From the NCBI GenBank assembly GCA_965261735.1, contig OZ253470.1:2336001-2400000 (forward strand): DNA of 64,000 nt, given 5' to 3'. The position numbers and the translations under genes are program-made. Origin of the DNA: Alphaproteobacteria bacterium (GTDB lineage Bacteria > Pseudomonadota > Alphaproteobacteria > SHVV01). Positions 34,065 through 44,580 of the stretch are shown in pieces. The notes beneath the pieces were generated by a model. That model ran no database searches. It was not told the DNA's origin and saw only the letters and a list, made by a program, of their open reading frames with translations. Position 1 is the first letter of the stretch; every line of letters begins with the position of its first letter.

Positions 34065-34628
34065 ATGGTCAGGCTCACCAAGATCTATACGCGCGGCGGG
34101 GATGCTGGTGAAACTTCGCTCGGCGGCGGTGCGCGCGTCGCCAAACACGATCTGCGCGTCGCCGCCTACGGCACGGTCGACGAGGCCAACGCCACGATCG
34201 GCCTCGCGCGCCTGCACGCGAGCGGCGAGGCCGACGCCATGCTGGGCCGCATTCAGGACGACCTGTTCGACCTCGGCGCCGACCTGTCGACGCCGGGCGA
34301 GGACTTCGTCGATCTGAATGCGCTGCGCATCACTCAGGTACAGATCGACCGGCTGGAGGCGGAGATCGATGCGATGAACGGGCGCCTCGCGCCGCTCGAT
34401 TCGTTCGTCCTGCCCGGAGGGACGGCGGCCGCCGCCCACCTTCACCTCGCCCGCACGGTGACGCGCCGGGCCGAGCGCCTGATGTGCGCGCTCGCCGCCC
34501 GCGAGGCGGTCAACCCGCTCGCCATCCGCTTCGTCAACCGGCTGTCCGATCACCTGTTCGTGCTCGGCCGCCACCTGAACGAGGACGGCGCCGGCGACGT
34601 GCTGTGGCGCCCCGGCGCCAACCGCTAG
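34065..34628 (+). CDS. pduO: PduO-type cob(I)alamin adenosyltransferase
   Basis: KIYTRGGDAGETSL, YGTVDEAN, LFDLGADL, FVLPGG, RRAER, NRLSD.LF. Confidence 0.95.
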   Translation: MVRLTKIYTRGGDAGETSLGGGARVAKHDLRVAAYGTVDEANATIGLARLHASGEADAMLGRIQDDLFDLGADLSTPGEDFVDLNALRITQVQIDRLEAEIDAMNGRLAPLDSFVLPGGTAAAAHLHLARTVTRRAERLMCALAAREAVNPLAIRFVNRLSDHLFVLGRHLNEDGAGDVLWRPGANR

Positions 34629-34689
34629 GACTTGGCGGTTTCGGCCTCTCGGGCGGGCGGCGGGTGAGACGGTATGTGAGGCGGCAATA

Positions 34690-35253
34690 ATGGCTTCCGG
34701 TCGCAAGAAAATGAAGATGGAGTCGACGGCGGAACCTACGGCAGGGGCCACCAAGGAGCGTTATGATGCGCAAAAGCGGCGAAAGGAGGTCGAGCGCAAG
34801 GCGCAACTGAGAAAAAGCAAACTCAAGCGGGCGGGATCGATGGCCGCTCGGCGGCTGCCGTACGCCGGGCTAGCGGTGCTGCTGGCAGTGGGTGCGGTCT
34901 GGTGGTTCGAGCGCGGACCGTCGCTCCCTCCGACGAGCATGGAGGGCCACGTGGAGGCGCTTCCGCCGGGTCACATTCTGACGGCTCCGATGGCCGAGAC
35001 CATCCAGCGTCACATGCTCGAACACGCCGATGGCAAGGGGGCTCCGGGCGTTATCATCCAGTACAACAGCGACGATTTCGACTGCGGACCCGACCTCGTA
35101 CGGAAGCTCACCGAACTCGCCCGCGACTATCGGGCAAACGTGTATCTCGCTCCCAGCAGCTACGACGGCAAGATCATTCTGACCAGGCTTGGTCGGCGGC
35201 AGGTCCTGGATGGTTTCGATGGCCCGGCGATCCGCCGGTTCATTGTCCGTTAG
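34690..35253 (+). CDS. Hypothetical membrane-anchored protein (possibly DUF3105-like)
   Basis: Basic N-terminus, one TM helix, HMLEH..G...GVIIQY motif; family call uncertain. Confidence 0.55.
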   Translation: MASGRKKMKMESTAEPTAGATKERYDAQKRRKEVERKAQLRKSKLKRAGSMAARRLPYAGLAVLLAVGAVWWFERGPSLPPTSMEGHVEALPPGHILTAPMAETIQRHMLEHADGKGAPGVIIQYNSDDFDCGPDLVRKLTELARDYRANVYLAPSSYDGKIILTRLGRRQVLDGFDGPAIRRFIVR

Positions 35254-35283
35254 GCGCGATAATGCGGGAGGCCCGGAGCGAAC

Positions 35284-35360
35284 GCGATGACGCGCCGCGC
35301 CGAGCGCTTGATCCGCGAACTCGTTGCTCGCGAAGCGGTGAGCCCGGCGGCAACCGCTAA
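35284..35360 (+). pseudogene. Displaced, internally deleted relic of the pduO 3' end
   Basis: AMTRRAERLIRELVAREAVSP is 49/63 nt identical to 34455-34517, fused to CCCGGCGGCAACCGCTAA (16/18 identical to 34611-34628). Confidence 0.88.
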
Positions 35361-35390
35361 GTGTTCGCCTCGAACCGTGCGGCCAATGGG

Positions 35391-35420
35391 GTAGGGGCGG
35401 GTTTTCAAACCCGCCCGTAC
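35391..35420. repeat. GTAG-class REP hairpin
   Basis: GTAGGGGCGGGTTTTCAAACCCGCCCGTAC: GTAG foot and GGGCGGGTTT/AAACCCGCCC stem between convergent genes. Confidence 0.7.
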
Positions 35421-35442
35421 GGCCCGCACAGCCGATGGCCCT

Positions 35443-37184
35443 TCAGACGACGAGGCCGGCGCGGCGTAGGCCCTCGAGGAAATGCTCGAGCAGGCCTGCG
35501 TCCCGGAACGGCGCGATCTCTGTTACCTTGAGCCATGAGATTTCCGAACTGAGCCGCCGCGTCTCCGCCGCCTCGGCGTACGCCTTCTCGAGGTCGCCGG
35601 TGTAGGCGTACGTCGCCGCGAGCAGGAGGTGGTTGCCGGTGGCGTCGGGGTTGCGCACGACGCCGCGCTTGAGGATCGAGATTGCCTCGTGGTAGCGCCG
35701 CAGCGTGAAGTAGGCCGACCCGAGGATCGAGAGGTACCAAGACGGATACACGGGATTGAGGCTCATCGCCTTGTCGATCAAGGGAAGGGTCTTTTCGGGC
35801 TCGCCGATCCAGGTGCGGATCTCGCCCAACGTCGCGTAGCTGTCAGCGGCGCTGGCATCGAGGCCAATCGCGCGCTCGGCCTCGGCGACGGCGTCGTCGT
35901 AGCGCTTCTTCCATAGATAGGCATAGCTCAACGTCTCGTGCGCCGCCGCCAACGAGCCGTCGAGCGCCACCGCCTGTTCCGCCAGCTCCAGGGAGCGGTC
36001 GCGCGCGGCTTCCGGTTCCGCGGACCAGCCCTGGTTGCATTCACGCATGTAGGTCAGCGACAGCCCGGCATAGGCGGGTGCGTAATCGAGGTCGAGGGCG
36101 CGCGCCTGCTCGAACATCCCGCCCGCCCGTTGGCCTCGCGCGTAAAGCGTGAGAGGTAGCCGCGTCCGCGCAGCAGGTAGTCGTAGGCGTCGATGTTGGC
36201 GGTATCCCGCCGCGCCAGCCGCGCCTGCTGGTGCGGGCTCAACGTCATCCGCAGCGCCGCGACGATCTCCCGCGTCACCTCGTCCTGGACCGCGAAGATG
36301 TCGACGAGGTCGCGGTCGTAGCGCTCGGCCCACACGTGCGCGCCGGTCGCCCCATCGACGAGCTGGGCGCTGATGCGCACGCGCCCGCCCGCCTTGCGCA
36401 CGCTACCCTCGAGGACGTGGCGGGCGCCGAGCTCGCGGCTCACCTGCTTGATGTCGGTCGGCTTGCCCTTGTAGGCAAAGGCCGAATGGCGCGCGATCAC
36501 GTTGAGCTGCGGGAGCTTCGACAGGGCCGTGATCAGGTCTTCGCTGATTCCGTCGCTGAAATATTCCTGCTCGGGATCGGCGCTCAGATTGTTGAACGGC
36601 AGGACCGCGATCGAGTCGCGCCGGTCGGCACTCCCCTCAGCAGCCCTCTCGCCGCCGCCGTCCGCCCTCAGCCGGTAGGCGCGAACCGGCTCGGCGATGT
36701 TCTTGAACGCCTGCTCGCCGAGCGAATCGTAGGCGAACTCGAGCTTGTTGTGAACGCTGTCGTAGACCGTGCCCGACAGGCACACGCCGCCGGGGTCGGC
36801 GAGCGCCCGCAGGCGAGCGGCGATGTTGACCCCGTCACCGAAGATGTCGTCGCCCTCGATGAGCACGTCGCCGAGGTGGACGCCAACGCGAAACTCGAGG
36901 CGCTCGGGCACCGCGCGCTCGCGGTTACGCTCGGCCAGCAGCGATTGCATCTCGGCCGCGCACGCCACCGCCTCAACGACGCTGGCGAACTCGGCGAGCA
37001 GCGCATCGCCGGCCGCATTGACGATGCGCCCGCCGTGGCTCGCGATGTTGCCCGACATCTCGCGGCGATCGGCGGTCAGGCGCGCGAGCGTCGCCTCTTC
37101 GTCCTCGCCCATCAAACGCGCATACCCGGCCACGTCGGCGGCAAGGATAGCGGCGAGCTTGCGTTGGACGCCGGGCGGTGACAC
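35443..37184 (-). pseudogene. Class III adenylate/guanylate cyclase with TolB-like and TPR domains, frameshifted near 36118-36128
   Basis: [47 protein letters not shown]; TPR repeats continue in another frame. Confidence 0.88.
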
Positions 37185-37287
37185 CGCGTCTGGCTCCCTG
37201 TGGGGTGGGCCGCGGCGTCTAGGGGAGGGCCAATGCAATGTCCAACCGCGCCCGGGCCGAGGCGCCCGGCACGCTCGGCGTCCCGCG

Positions 37288-37316
37288 TTGACAGGCTCAG
37301 GACGCCACACTAGTTT
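37288..37316 (+). promoter_or_regulatory. Sigma70-type promoter of etfBA
   Basis: TTGACA-N17-TAGTTT, 50 bp upstream of etfB. Confidence 0.6.
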
Positions 37317-37365
37317 GCCGCGCGAGCCGGCTTTCGCCCGCGCTCGCTTCGTCCAGGGGCCGACC

Positions 37366-38115
37366 ATGAAAGTGCTCGTCGCGATCAAGCGGGTCATCGA
37401 TGCGAACGTCAAGGTGCGGGTCAGGGCCGACCACACCGGCGTCGAAACGCAGAACGTCAAGATGGCCATGAACCCGTTCGACGAGATCGCCATCGAAGAG
37501 GCGATTCGCCTCAAGGAGGCGGGCAGCGTCGAGGAGATCGTCGCCGTATCGATGGGTGCGCAGACCTGCCAGGAGACCATACGCACGGCGCTCGCGATGG
37601 GCGCCGACCGCGGCATTCTGGTCAAGACGGACGCCGAGCTTCAGCCGCTCGCCGTGGCCAAGCTGCTCAAGGCCATCGTCGAGGCCGAGGCCCCCGACTT
37701 CGTCATCCTGGGCAAGCAGGCGATCGACGACGACGCCAATCAGACGGGCCAGATGCTCGCCGGGCTGCTCGGCTGGCCGCAGGGCACCTTCTGCTCCAAG
37801 CTCGTCTTCACGGACGGCCGCGCCGAGGCGACGCGCGAGGTCGATGGCGGCCTGCAGACCGTCTCGCTCGCGTTACCGACGATCATCACCACGGACCTGC
37901 GCCTCAACGAGCCGCGCTACGCCTCGCTGCCCAACATCATGAAGGCCAAGAAAAAGCCAATCGACCAGAAGACGCCAGAGGACTTCGGTGTCGACGTGAC
38001 GCCACGGCTCACGGTGCTCAAGGTCGAGCCGCCGCCCAAGCGCGAGGCCGGGGTCAAGCTCGAGAGCGTCGCCGACCTCGTCGACAAGCTGCGCAACGAG
38101 GCGGGGGTGATCTGA
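37366..38115 (+). CDS. etfB: Electron transfer flavoprotein beta subunit
   Basis: [45 protein letters not shown]. Confidence 0.97.
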   Translation: MKVLVAIKRVIDANVKVRVRADHTGVETQNVKMAMNPFDEIAIEEAIRLKEAGSVEEIVAVSMGAQTCQETIRTALAMGADRGILVKTDAELQPLAVAKLLKAIVEAEAPDFVILGKQAIDDDANQTGQMLAGLLGWPQGTFCSKLVFTDGRAEATREVDGGLQTVSLALPTIITTDLRLNEPRYASLPNIMKAKKKPIDQKTPEDFGVDVTPRLTVLKVEPPPKREAGVKLESVADLVDKLRNEAGVI

Positions 38116-39050
38116 TGGCGGTCCTGGTCCTCGCCGAGCACGACAACGCCGAGCTCAAGCCGGCGACGCTGAACACGGTGAGCGCGGCGGGCGAGCTCGA
38201 TGCGGAGGTGCACGTGCTGGTCGCCGGGCCGGGTGCGGCGCCGGTGGCCGATGCGGCGGCCAAGATCGCCGGTGTCGCCAAGGTCCTCCTCGCCGATGAC
38301 GCGCGCTACGACCATCAGCTCGCGGAGGCCGGGGCCGCCCTGATCGTCGCCCTGGCACCGGCCTACGCCGCGGTGCTGGCGCCGGCGACCACGACCGGCA
38401 AGAACATCATGCCGCGCGCCGCCGCACTGCTCGACGTGGCGCAGATCTCGGACATCAGCGAGGTCGTCTCGGGCGATACGTTCGTGCGGCCGATCTATGC
38501 CGGCAACGCGCTGGCGACGGTGCAGTCGAGCGATGCCATCAAGATCATCACCGTGCGCACCACCGCGTTCGCGGCTGCTCCGACCGAGGGCGGTAGCGCC
38601 GCCGTCGAGGCGGTAGCTGCGGCGGCCGATCCCGCGCTGTCGAGCTTCGTCGGCGAGGCGTTGAGCGCCTCGGAGCGGCCCGAGCTCACGGCCGCGCGCA
38701 TCATCATATCGGGGGGCCGCGGCATGCAGAGCGGCGACAACTTCCCGCTGCTCGAGAAGATCGCGGACCAGCTCGGGGCCGCCGTTGGCGCGAGCCGCGC
38801 CGCGGTCGATGCGGGCTTCGTGCCCAACGATTACCAGGTCGGCCAGACCGGCAAGATCGTGGCGCCCGAGCTCTACATCGCCGTCGGCATCTCGGGCGCC
38901 ATCCAGCACCTCGCGGGGATGAAGGACTCCAAGGTGATCGTCGCCATCAACAAGGACGAGGAGGCGCCCATCTTCCAGATCGCCGACTACGGGTTGGTGG
39001 CCGACCTCTTCAAGGTGCTGCCGGAGCTGGCCGAGGAGCTGGCGAAATAG
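38115..39050 (+). CDS. etfA: Electron transfer flavoprotein alpha subunit
   Basis: [42 protein letters not shown]. Confidence 0.97.
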   Translation: MAVLVLAEHDNAELKPATLNTVSAAGELDAEVHVLVAGPGAAPVADAAAKIAGVAKVLLADDARYDHQLAEAGAALIVALAPAYAAVLAPATTTGKNIMPRAAALLDVAQISDISEVVSGDTFVRPIYAGNALATVQSSDAIKIITVRTTAFAAAPTEGGSAAVEAVAAAADPALSSFVGEALSASERPELTAARIIISGGRGMQSGDNFPLLEKIADQLGAAVGASRAAVDAGFVPNDYQVGQTGKIVAPELYIAVGISGAIQHLAGMKDSKVIVAINKDEEAPIFQIADYGLVADLFKVLPELAEELAK

Positions 39051-39061
39051 CGGCGCTCGCG

Positions 39062-39934
39062 GTGATCGAGAAGGTCGCCGTCATCGGCGCCGGCCAGATG
39101 GGCTCGGGTATCGCCCACGTGTGCGCCCTCGCGGGCTTCGAGGTGACGCTGTCCGACATAGACCGCGCCCAGCTCGACAAGGCGCAGGGGACGATCGATG
39201 CCAACCTCGCGCGGCAGGTGGCGCGCGCGAGGATAACTGAAGAAAACAAGGCGGCGGCGCTCACCCGCATCGCGGCCGCGCAAGGCTTGGACGCGGTGGG
39301 GGACGCCGACCTCGCGATCGAGGCGGCGAGCGAGGACGAGGAGGTCAAGGTGCGCATCTTCGGCGAGCTGTGCCCGCGCCTCAAGCCGGGCGCCCTTATC
39401 GCCAGCAACACCTCGTCAATTTCGATCACGCGGTTGGCCGCGGCGAGCGACCGCCCGGCGCAATTCATCGGCGTCCACTTCTTCAATCCGGTGCCGATGA
39501 TGAGCCTCGTCGAGCTGATCCGCGGCATGGCCACCGAGCAGGCGACGTTCGATACGGTCGAGACCTTCGTGCGCGCACTCGGCAAGACGCCGGTCGCAGC
39601 CGAGGACGCGCCCGGCTTCATCGTCAACCGCATGCTCGTGCCCATGATCAACGAGGCGGTGGTCGCGCTCCACGAGGGGGTGAGCTCGGTGGCCGATATC
39701 GACGCGGCGATGAAGCTCGGCGCCAATCACCCAATGGGCCCGCTCGAGCTCGCCGATTTCGTCGGCCTCGACGTCTGCCTCGCGGTGATGCGGGTCCTGC
39801 ACGCCCAACTGGGCGATGCCAAGTACCGGCCGTGCCCGCTGCTCGTGAAGTTCGTCGACGCCGGCTGGCTCGGCCGCAAAACGGGCCGCGGCTTCTACGA
39901 CTATTCCGGCGAGACGCCGGTACCCAAGCGTTGA
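39062..39934 (+). CDS. hbd: 3-hydroxybutyryl-CoA dehydrogenase
   Basis: [32 protein letters not shown]. Confidence 0.95.
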   Translation: MIEKVAVIGAGQMGSGIAHVCALAGFEVTLSDIDRAQLDKAQGTIDANLARQVARARITEENKAAALTRIAAAQGLDAVGDADLAIEAASEDEEVKVRIFGELCPRLKPGALIASNTSSISITRLAAASDRPAQFIGVHFFNPVPMMSLVELIRGMATEQATFDTVETFVRALGKTPVAAEDAPGFIVNRMLVPMINEAVVALHEGVSSVADIDAAMKLGANHPMGPLELADFVGLDVCLAVMRVLHAQLGDAKYRPCPLLVKFVDAGWLGRKTGRGFYDYSGETPVPKR

Positions 39935-40025
39935 GAGAACAGCGGCGGACTTAGCCGCGCATTCTTGGTTAGGCACCTGGCTTCAGCCATTTGTTGTCCG
40001 TTCGTAGCCAACGTGAACACCTACG

Positions 40026-40082
40026 CTAACATCGTCGCGCGATGAAGCGGCGCGTCAGGCGATGGCATCGGGGCTGTCCAAT
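40026..40082 (-). pseudogene. Displaced relic of the tlpA 3' end
   Basis: Reads LDSPDAI(A)[10 protein letters not shown] versus tlp[19 protein letters not shown]; 44/58 nt identical to 42420-42477 with a 1-nt gap. Confidence 0.85.
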
Positions 40083-40178
40083 AGTGGAATAAAAATGGGT
40101 TCTGTGACGTTTTTCCGCGAGGGACCCGCACGGCCCTGCGGTTTTCGCCACGTGTGTAACAGACGGGGAGTGAGAACC

Positions 40179-41063
40179 ATGAAGCGCAAACAAGCCGGTG
40201 ACTTCGATCAGGGGTTGCTCGATCTGTACGACCGCTTTATCCACGGCGCGGTGAGCCGCCGGGAGTTTCTCGACAGGGCCACGAAATATACCGTCGGCGG
40301 CATCACCGCTGCGGCGCTACTCGACGCGTTGTCGCCCAGATATGCGCTGGCGCAGCAGGTCGCGCCGAACGATCCCCGCATCAAGGCGGAGTACATCACC
40401 TACCCCTCACCGGACGGGCACGGTTCGGTGCGCGGGCTTCTTGCCCGGCCCGCGAATACCGGCGGAAAGGTGCCCGGCGTGGTCGTCGTGCACGAGAACC
40501 GCGGCCTCAACCCCTACGTGGAAGACGTCGCGCGCCGCGTCGCCGTGGCCGGGTTTGTGGGCCTGGCGCCGGACGGCCTGACCTCGTTCGGCGGCTATCC
40601 CGGCAATGACGACGACGGCCGCAAGATGCAGCGCCAGCTCGACGGCGGCAAGCTGCTGGAAGATTTCATCGCCACATTTCGACACCTTCACGGGCGCGAC
40701 GATACCGGCAAGGTGGGGGTGGTCGGCTTCTGCTACGGCGGCGGCGTGTGCAACGCGATGGCGGTGCGCCTCCCCGAGCTCGCGGCCGCGGCGCCGTTCT
40801 ACGGCGCCCAACCGGCAGCGGCGGACGTGCCCAAGATCCGGGCGCCGCTCTTGCTGCACTACGCAGCGCTCGACACCTACATCAACCCCGGCTGGCCGGC
40901 CTATGAAGCGGCGCTCAAGGAGCACGGCAAGGACTACACGGCGCACTTTTATGCGGACGTGAACCACGGCTTCCACAACGATACCACGCCGCGCTACGAC
41001 GAGGCCGCGGCCACGCTCGCGTGGGACCGCACGATCGCGTTCTTCGCCGACAAGCTGGTGTAG
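40179..41063 (+). CDS. Dienelactone hydrolase-family protein (YghX-like, twin-arginine leader)
   Basis: SRREFL, HENRGLN, GFCYGG, HGFHND. Confidence 0.92.
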   Translation: MKRKQAGDFDQGLLDLYDRFIHGAVSRREFLDRATKYTVGGITAAALLDALSPRYALAQQVAPNDPRIKAEYITYPSPDGHGSVRGLLARPANTGGKVPGVVVVHENRGLNPYVEDVARRVAVAGFVGLAPDGLTSFGGYPGNDDDGRKMQRQLDGGKLLEDFIATFRHLHGRDDTGKVGVVGFCYGGGVCNAMAVRLPELAAAAPFYGAQPAAADVPKIRAPLLLHYAALDTYINPGWPAYEAALKEHGKDYTAHFYADVNHGFHNDTTPRYDEAAATLAWDRTIAFFADKLV

Positions 41064-41186
41064 GGGAGCGCCTTCGCCCCGTCTACGGGTTCGCTGTCTC
41101 CGTCGCTCCATAGACCACGAGAACGCACATGACAGTTTATCGTCCCTGCCCAATAGTCGGTGGCACGGGAAAGTAGCTCATTGTTC

Positions 41187-42291
41187 CTTGCCTATCCGGT
41201 TAACGCCCATGACCGCTACATGTAGGGTGCCGCCACTCTCCCGAGTAAAGCTCGGCATAGGTTGGAGCAGAGGTGTCGCCCGCGATGCCGAGCAATGAGC
41301 GGAAGGCGTTGAACGGGTAGAACCGCCTGTTGAAGCGGAAGGTGAACTCGTTGAGGTAGGCTTGTAGGTGCTGGTGGCTAACGCCGTGGTGGATACCGAT
41401 CAGCCACGTCTTCAGGTTGGCGAAAACCAGATGGATGATCGGCAGGTATTGCTCGGCAACCTCTGGATCACCACACTCGGCAACAGCGAAGTGCTCATAG
41501 CCGCGCTTACCGAGGCCAGCATAGCCGCTCCAATCGTCAGTAACGATCAGCGATCGCGGCGCGACGGTGCTCTCGACGAACCCACAGAGCGACTCGGCGC
41601 TACGGTCGAGCACGACGGCGAGCCGAACGCGTCCGGCATAGCGTCCGTCTTTCCGGTTGTCGAGCTTGGTGCCCGGCTTTCGATGACGCACTTCGATGGC
41701 ACAGGAGACGGGAACCTTGTGGTGAACACCACGGCCTTCCCCACGCGTTCGCCCGCCAACCCAGGTTTCGTCCACCTCAACATGGTTCTTGGGCTGTCCA
41801 CCGATCCTGTCTTGGTTGGGCCGCACCATGCCCGAGCGGAGCTTGTGGAGAATTTGAAAGGCCGTCTCGTAGCGCGAAAGACCAAGTTGCCGCTGAAACT
41901 GCACGGCGGACATGCCGGGCGTCTGACTGGCGACCAGATAAGCGGCCCAGAACCAGACGTTCAGCGGAGTGTGGCTACGCTCCATCACTGTTCCCACCGT
42001 CAGCCCGGTGTTCTGGCGGCACTTGCGGCAGCGCAGGACGCCAGGGCGGTTTTCAAAGTGGAACGGCTCTCCCGCCGTGCCGCAGTGCGGGCAGGCAAAG
42101 CCGTCTCCCCAGCGGGCTTTCTCCAGGTAGGCGGCGCAGGCCGCATCATCGGGGAAAAGTCGCTGGAACTCGGGTAGCGAATGCGGGAATGGGAGATCGG
42201 CGCGGTCGAGAACATCCATGGCGCGCTCCCCTATATCCGGGTTGCGCCCATTCTAGCCCTAGTGGGTGTGGGTGTAAACCGGACAGGTAAG
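41187..42291 (-). mobile_element. IS1595-family element, copy 2 (1105 bp, intact)
   Basis: IRs CTTGCCTATCCGGTT / AACCGGACAGGTAAG; 8-bp TSD CATTGTTC at 41179-41186 and 42292-42299. Confidence 0.96.
41200..42219 (-). CDS. IS1595-family transposase (Zn ribbon, HTH, DDE-like domain; His at the third catalytic position, probably ISSod11 group)
   Basis: CPHCG..CRKC, VEVDET, IVTDDWSGY, IHLVFANLK, YLNEFTFRFNRR. Confidence 0.93.
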   Translation of the reverse strand: MDVLDRADLPFPHSLPEFQRLFPDDAACAAYLEKARWGDGFACPHCGTAGEPFHFENRPGVLRCRKCRQNTGLTVGTVMERSHTPLNVWFWAAYLVASQTPGMSAVQFQRQLGLSRYETAFQILHKLRSGMVRPNQDRIGGQPKNHVEVDETWVGGRTRGEGRGVHHKVPVSCAIEVRHRKPGTKLDNRKDGRYAGRVRLAVVLDRSAESLCGFVESTVAPRSLIVTDDWSGYAGLGKRGYEHFAVAECGDPEVAEQYLPIIHLVFANLKTWLIGIHHGVSHQHLQAYLNEFTFRFNRRFYPFNAFRSLLGIAGDTSAPTYAELYSGEWRHPTCSGHGR

Positions 42292-42301
42292 CATTGTTCG
42301 T

Positions 42302-42400
42302 CCCCCTCCCCTACCCCCCTCCCACGAGGGGAGGGGGAATAAGGGCGCGACATCAACCTCTTAACCCTCCCCCTCGATGGGGGAGGGCCGGGAGGGGGTG
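42302..42400. repeat. Composite palindromic REP/RIME-like repeat, copy B
   Basis: CCCTCCCACGAGGGGAGGG ... CCCTCCCCCTCGATGGGGGAGGG; similar to 21449-21590. Confidence 0.8.
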
Positions 42401-42419
42401 AACCGACACAACAGCGAAC

Positions 42420-43022
42420 CTAGGTCCGGCGGGCGATGAAGTGGCGCATGAGAGCAACGGCCTCGGGGCTGTCCCATTCGGCCGGACCGACGAGACGGCC
42501 GAGCTCGCGGCCCTCGCGGTCGAGCAGCACCGAGGCCGGCAAGCCGAAGGCGCCGAAGGCGCGCGTCGCGTTCATGGGTTGGTCGACGTATGCGGCCAGC
42601 GAGCGGAGGTCGTGCTTGTCGAGGAAGGCCTTGACCGCCTCCAGCCCTTTGCGTTCCTGGGCGAGCGCGAGCACCAGGAAGTCGTCGCCGCCGAGCTTGG
42701 CGTTGAGCCGGTCGAGCGCCGGCATCTCGCGCAAACAGGGTGCGCACCAGGTCGCCCACAGATTGACCAGCACCACCTTGCCCTGGAAGTCGGCGAGCGT
42801 GCGCTCGGCGCCGCCTGCGTCGACGAAGGCCACCGCCGGCGCTGGCTTGAGGTTGTCGGACAAGGTAAAGTTGATCATCTGCCCCTTGATCAAGAGCTTG
42901 GCCGCGTCTCTGCTGGGCCCGACCTGCGGCACCACGGACTGGTCGATGCGCGTGGCCAGGAAGAGCACCGCGATCAGCCCAGCGGCGCCGACGAGAGCAT
43001 GTTTGAGGGGTGGGAGTTTCAT
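42420..43022 (-). CDS. tlpA: TlpA-family thiol:disulfide oxidoreductase
   Basis: [28 protein letters not shown]; divergent from argH. Confidence 0.93.
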   Translation of the reverse strand: MKLPPLKHALVGAAGLIAVLFLATRIDQSVVPQVGPSRDAAKLLIKGQMINFTLSDNLKPAPAVAFVDAGGAERTLADFQGKVVLVNLWATWCAPCLREMPALDRLNAKLGGDDFLVLALAQERKGLEAVKAFLDKHDLRSLAAYVDQPMNATRAFGAFGLPASVLLDREGRELGRLVGPAEWDSPEAVALMRHFIARRT

Positions 43023-43040
43023 GAAGTTCGAGACCGTGCC

Positions 43041-44441
43041 ATGAGTGATCAACCGCCCGCCGGTGGCAACCCGATGTGGGGCGGCCGTTTCCGGGCCGCA
43101 CCGAGCGACGTTCTGCAGCGCATCAACGCCTCGATCGATGTCGACCGGCGCCTGTACGCCCAGGACATTGCGGGTTCGCGCGCTCATTGTAACATGCTGC
43201 AGGCTTGCGGAATCCTGTCCGAGGCCGACGCTCACGCAATTTTGACAGGACTTGATGCCATCGAGCGCGAGATCGTCGAGGGTGAATTTCGCTTCGATCC
43301 CGCGCTCGAGGACATCCACATGAACGTCGAGGCGCGGCTCCATGAGCTCGTCGGCGAGCCGGCCGGGCGGCTGCACACGGCGCGCTCGCGCAACGACCAG
43401 GTCGCGACCGACCTGCGCCTGTGGCTGCGCGAGGCTCTGGACCGGCTCGACGGCGATCTGCGCGGGCTCCAGGCGGCTCTCATCGACCAGGCCGAGCGCC
43501 ACGCCGAGACGGTCATGCCGGGGTTTACGCACCTTCAGGCGGCGCAACCCGTGACCCTAGGGCACCACCTGCTGGCCTACGTCGAGATGTACGAGCGCGA
43601 CCGGGGGCGGGCGCGCGACTGCCGGGCCCGGCTCAACGAATGCCCGCTCGGTGCCGGTGCGCTCGCAGGCACCGCCTTCCCTATCGACCGCGACATGACC
43701 GCACAGGCGCTCGGCTTCGACCGGCCGTGCGCCAACTCGCTCGATGCCGTGTCCGACCGCGACTTCGTGCTCGAATACCTCGCCCAGGCGGCGATCACCG
43801 CGGTCCACCTGTCGCGCCTCGCGGAAGAGATCGTGCTGTGGTCGAGCCCGCAGTTCGGCTTCGTCGCCCTCGGCGACGGCTTTACCACCGGCTCCTCGAT
43901 GATGCCGCAAAAGCGCAACCCCGACGCCGCCGAGCTCGTTCGCGCCAAGGCCGGACGCATCCTCGGTGCGCTAACAGGCCTGATCGTGGTGCTCAAGGGC
44001 CTGCCGCTCGCCTACGCCAAGGACCTGCAGGAGGACAAGGCGCCCGCCTTCGAGACCGCCGACACGCTCGAGCTGTGCGTCGCCGCCATGACCGGGATGG
44101 TCGCCGACATTCGCGTCGATCAAGCTGCCATGCGCGCCGCCGCGGGCCGCGACTACGCGACCGCGACGGACCTCGCCGATTGGCTGGTGCGCGAGCTCGG
44201 CCTGCCGTTTCGCCGCGCCCACGAGGTCACGGGCCGCATCGTCGGCACGGCCGCCGCCAAAGGGGTCGATTTAGACGCCCTCGACCTCGCCGATCTTCAG
44301 GCCGTCGAGCCTGGAATCACGCCCGAGGTTTTCGACGTCATCGAGGTGGCGCGCTCGGTCGCGAGCCGGACGAGCTTCGGCGGCACGGCGCCGGCACGGG
44401 TGCGCGAGGCCGTGGCGCGGGCGCGGGCGCGGCTTTCGTGA
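43041..44441 (+). CDS. argH: Argininosuccinate lyase
   Basis: [38 protein letters not shown]. Confidence 0.98.
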   Translation: MSDQPPAGGNPMWGGRFRAAPSDVLQRINASIDVDRRLYAQDIAGSRAHCNMLQACGILSEADAHAILTGLDAIEREIVEGEFRFDPALEDIHMNVEARLHELVGEPAGRLHTARSRNDQVATDLRLWLREALDRLDGDLRGLQAALIDQAERHAETVMPGFTHLQAAQPVTLGHHLLAYVEMYERDRGRARDCRARLNECPLGAGALAGTAFPIDRDMTAQALGFDRPCANSLDAVSDRDFVLEYLAQAAITAVHLSRLAEEIVLWSSPQFGFVALGDGFTTGSSMMPQKRNPDAAELVRAKAGRILGALTGLIVVLKGLPLAYAKDLQEDKAPAFETADTLELCVAAMTGMVADIRVDQAAMRAAAGRDYATATDLADWLVRELGLPFRRAHEVTGRIVGTAAAKGVDLDALDLADLQAVEPGITPEVFDVIEVARSVASRTSFGGTAPARVREAVARARARLS

Positions 44442-44569
44442 TGCGCGTCCTCCTCGCTCTGCTACTCGCCGTCAGCCTCGCCGGCTCGCTCGCCGCCTGC
44501 GGTAAGAAGGGCAATCTCGACCCCCCGCCGGGCAAGCAGGAAGCTCCCAAAAAGCCACCGTCGGGCTGA
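44441..44569 (+). CDS. Small lipoprotein (LptM/LppL family)
   Basis: LAACGKKGNLDPP lipobox; located between argH and lysA. Confidence 0.85.
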   Translation: MRVLLALLLAVSLAGSLAACGKKGNLDPPPGKQEAPKKPPSG

Positions 44570-44580
44570 GGCCGCAGGGA

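Noticed and set aside
35249-39974. GTTAGGC motifs (near 35249 and 39968) as integron attC ends
   Set aside because: No complementary RYYYAAC arm forming a convincing attC hairpin, and no integron integrase
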